From Schmidtea nova (lineage: Eukaryota): DNA of 64,000 nt. Below are positions 11,271-20,200 of this stretch, piece after piece. The translations under genes and the position numbers were made by a program. Position 1 is the first letter of the stretch. Every line of letters begins with the position of its first letter. A model generated the notes under the pieces. That model was not told the origin of the DNA. It searched no databases and saw only the letters and a list, made by a program, of their open reading frames with translations. The stretch covers positions 29,202,001 through 29,266,000 of the forward strand of contig CM097884.1 of assembly GCA_044892505.1 (NCBI GenBank), written 5' to 3'.

Positions 11271-14200
11271 CTGTTTTCTCCATATGTTCCTTTAGTTGGC
11301 TGTTATGATCAAAGATTTTCATATCATTCTTATTCAAATATTCGATGATTAGTTTTAGCTCCTCATCTTCATTTTGTTCTTGTTGTAGTTTAGTGAAATC
11401 AATATCTTCTGCGATTATCATACATATTCGCCTGACATCTTTATCCATTAGTTCCTCAAACATAAATCTTGACATGCAATCCGCATTTGCATTCGCTTTC
11501 CCTGACTTGAACTTTATATATGGCGAATATTCTTGTAGCTGCATTGCCCATCTCATTAATCTGCTTGACGCTTCTTTGTGCTGGCCTAACCATACTAACG
11601 GTTGATGATCTGTTGTGATGTATATTTCGTGACCCCATAATAGATATTTGAAATGTTTAATCGCCTGAATGATTGCTAGCGCTTCTCTTTCCGTTACCGA
11701 GTAATTCTTCTCGTGTTTTCGAAAGGTTTTGCTGTAATATCCTATCACTCTTTCTCTCCCATCTTCATCCCATTGTCCTAGTACGGCTCCTGACGCGTAT
11801 CCACTTGCGTCGGTTGCTAATAGAAATGGTTTTTTGAAATCTGGGTGTACTAATATTGGCGATGAAATTAACTTGTCTCGCAACTCTTCAAATGCATTTT
11901 GTTGCTCTCTTTCCCAGATAAATGGTGTATCTTTCTTGACTAGCTCTTGTACAGGCTTTGCAATTCCGGCATAGTTTTTAATAAATTTCCGATAATAACC
12001 ACATAGTCCTAAAAATTCTTGTACTTGGGTTATGGTTTTCGGTATAGGACAATTTTTTATCTTTTCGATATTTCTTGGGTCCGGCTCTTTTCCTTTAGCT
12101 GATACAATGTGACCCAAAAAGGTAACTTTTGGTTTTGCCCAATCACATTTTGATGGTTTCAATTTTAATTTCCATTGCCTTAATCGGATGAATACGTTTT
12201 GGATATCTTGTAGATGTTGTTCAAACGTACCCGAGTAAATCAATAAATCATCAATATATACCATACATTGTTTTATCCCGTGAGTTACAAAATTCATGCA
12301 TCTTTGAAATGACGCAGGTGCATTAGTTAAACCAAATGGCATCTTCTTGAACTGGTACAGATCTTTTCCGATGGTAAACGCTGTTTTCTCTCTGTCCTCT
12401 TCTTTCACTTTAATCTGCCAGTAACCACTTTTCAAATCTAATGACGTGAAGTATGCTGCACCATGTAATGTTTGTAACATTTCGTTGATATCTGGTAACG
12501 GGTATGTATCTCTCTTGGTTACTGCGTTCAATTGTCGATAATCAATACAAAATCGTTGGGTACCATCTTTCTTTTTTACCATTACTACTGGAAATTGCCA
12601 TGGTGAACAACTTGGTTCAATCACATCTGCGTCTAACATCTTTTGCACTTCGGCTTCGGCCACTGCTTTCTGCGCCTCTGCTAGTCGATATGGTCTCAAT
12701 GTGATCGGTGTTTCGTCTGTTAGGGGAATAGTATGTTGAGTTACATCACTCGTTCCCAAGTCTAAATCTGATGCTGCAAAGATGTCTTTAAATTCTAACA
12801 ATACTGTTTTTAGTTTTTCTTTTTCAATCTCGTTTAAAATTTCACTGTCGATTACCCATAACTCTTCCACTTTACTCTCATCCTCTTGAATTTTAGGTAA
12901 TTCAATATTCATCATCGGGGTTAATTTTCCCAATCTCTCATTTTCGTAAATGATTTTGTCTTCCTCATCGAAATTGGTGATGTTGATTGGTATTTCGTTT
13001 TCTTTATTGACGTTCACTATTTCTCTTGCCAATGGTAACTCTTTTCTCATCTCAAAATTTTGATTTGGCTCAAATATCATTTCACCGACTGCCGTGTCTT
13101 TCACTTTGGTGAAACATATCATTTGCGTTCTTCCTGGTACGACAATTTTCTTTGAACACCTTACTTCCGTTTTCATTGAACAGATTTGTCCGCTTTTATC
13201 TTTCAATCTCATCGTACTCAAATCGATAACAATCTCCTTTAATAATTCTGGCATTAAGTCTGTACCAATGATACATGAGGCACCCAATTGTTTTATTACA
13301 GCTAAATAAGTAGACATCTCTACATCTTTATACTTAATATCTGACCATATTTTCCCAATAACTTTGACTGATTCTTTATTGCACGTGACCACATCCATTG
13401 GTGCTTCTTCAATGCAAGGCCATAACATGCCTGGTATCATATTCATGTTTATTGCTGATATATTTGCACCGGTATCTATCATTGCATCCATTTCAACACC
13501 GTTGATTTCAATGGTAATAGTAAGGGTTGGTCCAGCTGATGTTCTCATCATGGCTATTGTCATTGTTTCTAGATTTTTCTCTTCGCTTTGTGGTCTGTTT
13601 AGTATTGTTGGGTCTGGTCTGTTTAGTATTGCCGGGTCAATCATTGCCCAATTTGGTTCGTAATGTGCTGGGTAGAAATTTGGCATTGGTAACATTCGTA
13701 GTCCAGCTCGTGTTTTTTCTCTCACTGTTCCTGGTCTTTGTGGGTTAGGGTATGTCATTGGTGGTAAATTTTGACCTTCCCATTGTTTTGATTTTTCTGC
13801 TTCCCATATTGGTGCGGTACCATTTGATCCGGAGTTCGTTCCTCCTTGATTTCCTTTGTCATCGTTATCACTATCGTCATCATCCGAATCTTTCCTTCGG
13901 TTATCCCACCATCTTTTCCATCCACTACGTCTGGTTTCTTTATATTTCGTTCTCTCTGCTTCGTTTTTCATAATGAATCTAAATTTTCTACCGATCTCTT
14001 CGTCGGTTCCTTTCATCTTGGTCAGTATTCCAATTAACCTCTTTATTCTATGAATGTCTTTTGAATGCCCATGCAATACCATAGTTTTAGCCAAAAACGG
14101 TAGAAATCCAAGTGCCATTTTCCAATTGATTTGTCTCTCTCTTTTATAGATATCAAAACAAGCTAGCATCTGAGTTATAATAACTCTGACTATTTGAATA

Positions 14201-17200
14201 ATTAGGATTATCCCTAATATTCCTGCCATCATCTGTCCAAATACTAAGAATCTTCCCCACATGGCTTTCATCATATTATTGGTTGCGTGTTTAAAATGTT
14301 CTGGTGACAACAATAACTCGTAGTTCGGACTTCCCACGAAATTTGTTCCACCGGTTATGGCTATAATATTTGATAATACTGCTTGTCTTTGGGTTGGAAA
14401 TAGTATATGCTTTCTCGCTGCTTCTAAATCTGCATCTCTGTACACTCCACTGTGTGAAATATCTATGGGTTTAAATTCTATTTCCGTTGTTAACTCTGTT
14501 AATCCAAATCGTTTTGGTGCTGATACAATTTGCCGATTTGGAAAAACTACCCATTTTGCATTTCCCATGTCATACATTGGTCCATACGCATTACTGCAAT
14601 TGAACTGATGGGGTTCGTAATTTGGTGGATTTATTATTCTCGTTACTGCTTGTACAAATCGACTTCTTCCTTTGTAGAATATTTCCAATTCGTTAGTACA
14701 TCGGTTTTCTGGTATTCTTGGTCTTTCCGGTAGTCTTGCTATCTCCTTTTTGCATTTGTATGTATACATAACTTCTCCCACAATTCGACCAAAATGTCCT
14801 TCTTGCAGTGGTAATAGTGGTATTGCGTTATCTGGATTCGTTATAGCCATTGCTAATTTGGTTCTAAAAATTTCTCTGTTCAATAGACAATCGTTTTGTA
14901 TCAAATCATGATATACTTTCTCTGTTGTTGCCATACCTCTATGGTATAAGAAATCCATTTTATTATTAGCGTACAAATACGTTTTTATGTCCACTTTATC
15001 TGGTTTTGGTGTTGCTTCAGCTATCCCTGTTGTAGATAGGAAAATACCTTTGTAATTCGTTTTTATTACTAGTCTTCCGCATTTACTGACGGTTTCACCT
15101 TTTATGAATCTCATTCCTACTCCTGGATCTTTCGATATAATTGCTGTGGGTGTATTTACTAATTTAAGTCTTTCCGTTGTCTCTCTATGCTGGAATGTTC
15201 TTGTTCTTTTGAGCTGTTCCATTTCTTGTCTGGTTGAATCATCTTTGGGCTCGTCATAAACTTTGTCTAGTATTTCCTCGAATTCAGCTTCTTGTAATAA
15301 CATTAGTCGACATTTATTCGCATCTGCCTTATAAATCAATGTTGATGCACCGGTATTACACGAGGTATGTTCTGCAGAACAACTTGGGAATTTTCTCATT
15401 GATAGCGTGTCTGGATCAAAATATCCCGGATATGTTTCCAATTTCACTTGATACATATCTATTACTACTACATTGCTGACCACTTTTCCTAATAGAGTGT
15501 ATGCTCCTCCTTTACAACTTCCGTCTGGTTTATTGACGTATCCAGCTGCATAAACTCTTGTTATTTTAATTGCTCCTGGTTGGGCAGCTATTATTATGTT
15601 TCCTGCTAACGATATCCGTTTTGAGGTAAACGCTTCATTGCACTTTTCGCTATCCAATGATATTACTGTTGATTCCATTCCTGGTTCGATAATTGTTGAA
15701 TATGAATATTGTCCACAGTAATACGCGAATAATTTTCTCGTAACCGTGCATTCTCTTATTTCTGCTTTGATAAGGTCTGATTCCTGATACACGTTGTAAC
15801 TTATTTTATTCACAATTTGTTCCAACTTTTTCGGCGTGGCTTGTTTACAATCTTCCGTATCTTTTAATGAATATTTCTCGCTAAGCTCGATTTTGTCACA
15901 ATCGTATACCACAAACGATGTTGCTCCCTTTATGCACATCATCCAAATTAATATTGTGGTCAATATCGCATTCATACTCTTCCCATATGTTCTTTGATCG
16001 CGAAAATTCATTGATCCTTCGAATTCTGTTAATAATTCTCTCAACTTTACTTGCATGGTTTCCGTTTGATCTATTTTATCTACTGAGTTGATGAATGTTT
16101 TCCAACCTCCTTGTTTCATTACATACGGCTCTATCAGTTTTTCAATGATTTCCGTTATTGTGAATATATGACCATTTGAACTGTATCTGGGTGTCCTCCG
16201 TTTGTACAAGACGATCATATTGTACATTAAATATGCCAAGCTTACTAAATATTTTGCTGGTTCGTTCGTGTTGTTTGTCAGTTTTTCGATAATTTCTTTT
16301 ATTTCTGCAGGATTTCTCAACGTCATTCGTACTTTTCCTTCGATGATTTTTGAGATTATTGGTTTAATTGTTATCCACAGTTGTTTGGCTTCTTGTTGGA
16401 TATGGTCTCTTTTTAACGCTCTTTTTATTTCTGGGTTTGCCAATGCAAGCATATCAGATACTAATTCATTTATCCATCGGATTCCTTGTTCGGTTATTGG
16501 TGTATTACCTTTCACTTGATTTGCAACTGACACTAGTTTGCTTACTTTTAGTTGTAATTGTTCCGTCTTGCTTGTTGGTTTTGGATTTCTTTCTGTTTGA
16601 TCTTTCGCCGGCCTCCCTCTTGGGCGTTTATCTATCATCGTTCCAGCTTCTCGTCTACTTAGCTGATTATTCGCGATTTCTCTCGATGCTGTCGCTCCTC
16701 TATCTGTGATCCAATTACTCCATTCGTCAGTTGTAGAATTTTCTCTTGCTCGTTTTTGTACTTTTTCTCGGTCGGTTTCATCATCGGTTGCTGTGATTTT
16801 TTGCCGTTTTACCCAAGGAATTCTCTGGTCATCGGTTGTTGTTTCATTTTCTATATTTGAGAATAAATCCCCTGAGTAAAATGCTGTTTCATCGTTTTCT
16901 CTATTCGCAATATTTGTCAGTTCTTCTAATACGTCTTCATCAGTTGTTTCGACAATAATTTCACTTGCAGCTTCCGGTATTTCTGGTTCGTCTAAGTTTC
17001 CGAACAATTTTCTCATTTGAGTTCGATTTCCCTCTTTTCTGATTAGTTCATTGCCTGCAATTTTAGAAACAGTTAAATGATTACTGGTTCCGATTCGTAT
17101 CGGGGTTACACCAATTTCTATCTCATCATCGAGTGATCTTCCTTCGTACTGTAGATGAAATGGTAATTCAAATGGCAGTTTCTTTTTAATCTCTTTTATT

Positions 17201-20200
17201 TTCATGGTTGCTAATACTTCCATTTCTTCCTTTCCAAAGTCTGGAAAATGGATTTTTAATCCACATTTTTGTGGTTCGTCACTTTCCCATTCCATTTGCC
17301 TCCATTTTCTTTTAAGCTCATCGAATTGTTCTGGATACCAAGTGTATACTCGTCCATATTCCTCGATTTCCTTCACGAGCATTGTCAATGTTAATCTATC
17401 CTTGCCATTCTCGAGAATCCATTTTGCTAATTCATCTACCGCTCTTCGTTGATTTTTGGCACCTTTTTCTAAAATATCGATTAACTGTCTACTTTTTTGG
17501 GCTTCAGTTCTCTCTAATACTTCAGGGTCCATCAGTTCATCCATATCTACAGGACGTAATCTCGAGGTTGTTTCTTGTTTTCTCAGCACGCTGATTCTGG
17601 GAATTGTCAACTTTTCCCTTACGTCTTCCTCAATTTTGCATGAAACATAAATATCTCCTTCGCTTTGATATCGAGATTTTTTATCTAACAGCAGGTGTTG
17701 CAAGATAAATTTTGGCGCTCCTGATGCTATATTTTCCTCTTTTCCTGGTTTATGATAGCAGCTGCTGAGCTTTTCTGGATAAATTTCTTCACTATGACCC
17801 TTCTCTGAATTGTAGGATGATCCTATAGACAATGTTACTTTTTGATCGAACGGCCATGTTAATTCCTCGTCATTGATCCCTTTACAGATGATATAAAATA
17901 ATGACGTATGAGTTCCTTTACCAACTCCATCTCCGTTTGGATAAATTCTCATTTTTAATTTATATCCGCCTGGGTAAGTGTAAAATTGTGGGCTTGTCAA
18001 TCGCGTTACTTCGCCCTCCTTTGCTGCTCTCACTTTATCTGCCCAATTTGAAATTCTCCATTTGAATGGTGCAAGATATTTCTCCTCGCATATGTTTTCG
18101 TCGACTTCCAAAGGTTTCCCAGTTATTTCTGATGGTTCGTAAATCTCATGGGTTTCCTCATATAACAGTTCCTCAGGTATTCGTTCTGGTTCGCATGTTA
18201 CCCATCTATCCTCCACATTTGGTTGTTCCCATCTGTATCGATTTTCTAGTTCTATCCATGTCTTTATCCACGGCGTTGGTTTACAATCTCCATAATGAAG
18301 AGGTTTTATTTTCCCCTTTATTTCATTATCCGCTCTCCAAAAATTATATAAATCGATTATCTGGTCTAATTTTCCGACCATTTTTCTTTTAAATCTCCTC
18401 ACGTGACCATCGTCTTTCTCTGGTTCGTCCATTGCCCATATTTTGACTGTTTGACCGTCTTCCCAAATACCCAGTTTATATAAGGGTGTCTGATCATCCT
18501 TTTCTAATACATGTTTATTGTACACGATTATTACATCTTCTATTAATCCGTCATCACTATTTTGTTTCACGTTATGCATAATTTTCTCATCGATTATCCG
18601 TATGAATTCGTCTACCGTACAATCTGGTTCTATTTCAATTGTTTGTTCGTCTCCACTTGGCAACGTTAGATTGACTTTTATCGTTTCCGCTCGATTCTTT
18701 GATCTCTGATAGCCGCCATATTGACTTATTAATTCGATTGCTCGTTTATCATCTAATCTCACTAACTCGGTATCTCGTACGAACTCTACAAATCTCTTCA
18801 TTGATGCTGGTCTTCTTCTATTTATACTATCGATCATTTTCCTCGTCTGGTCTATTGCTTGTGTCGAAAGCATTAATCGATTTTCCCATATTGCTTGTTC
18901 GGCCAATTTTAATAATTTTGGTCCGATTTCGTAATCGTATCTATCTCCAATTTTTGTCAGTAGTTTCATCACTGTTTCTTCAATCGCGTTCTTCTTTAAC
19001 GTTAAGGTATTCAACTCGTTCGGCCATATCATAGCATCTACTAGATGTATTCCCTTTTTGATTCGCCAATTATTCAAATAAAGATAATCGTTTTTAAAAC
19101 TGCTACCCATTTTCTCTTGCATCCAGTCATATAATGCGTTAGTATTTGGGTCGTTTATTTTTATTCCTAATACATCGATTTCGGGGTGGTGTACTTCTAT
19201 CGTATACTCTTGAGTTGGCGTTTCTTTTAATTGCTTCTTGTATTCCGCTATTGAGTTGTTCCACTCTGCGGTGAATACTTGATTTTCTACCTGATTTGCT
19301 TGGGTGACTTCCTTCATAAACTTCTGATATACTTTTTCATCAATAAACTCCCGATTCTTCATGGCTAATTCAACCTTGCCTGTTACTTCTCCGATGATAT
19401 TCCAATCGTCTTCACTTAACAACGCGTTGCTTGATGTTTCGGTATCACTTTCTTCGCTAGCCAAAGGTGCTTTTAAATCGTTGTTTTCCTCACTTGACGG
19501 AAATAAGTCACCTCCTAAACTACTTACTTCGCTAATCTCGTCTTCTGGATCTGTTTGATCATCATTTCGCATTCTCATCATATTTATTTTATACACATTT
19601 TTAAGATCTCTTTCTTTTTCCTTTTGCGTTCTTGCTTGTGACCACTTCATTGTTGCGTCCCATCGTTTTCTTTTCAGTGCTTCTACTTCGTCATCTGTCA
19701 ATGTGTTATTCGCTTTTCGAATTGAAGCTTCAATTTTCTGCAGTAGTGCTCGTTGAAGTCGGTTTCTGGTTATAATTTTTTGAGCTTTCTTTGTGATCTC
19801 TTCAACTTCTTCAGTGCTAGTTTTTTTCAATTTCTGATTTAACTTTCCTACTTCATTCGCGACAATAGTTGTTATTTTCTGTTCTATTTCCTTCGCTTTT
19901 ATTTTCACTATTTCTTCCAATTCTTCACAGGTGTTGCAAACATTCCCACTGTCTCTTTTTTCTTTTCTTCTTTGATTATATTCTTGAATGAATATTTTCC
20001 TTTCTTCTTCGTTCATTGATTTCATTGAAACTTCGAATTCTCCATCTTTTTCATTAATCTCTACATCTGGTAACTCTGTTATCATTTCCTTCACTTTTTC
20101 TATTACATTCTTCTGCAATTTACTCATTTCCTCTGGATCTTCTTTATCTTCGCTTTTAACTCTCATCATGTTAATTTGCCTTGTATTATTTCCTCGATTT

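Noticed and set aside
11262-11280. Programmed -1 frameshift between RNase H and integrase
   Set aside because: No XXXYYYZ heptamer (GGAGAAAAC) and an atypical position; a homopolymer indel is simpler.
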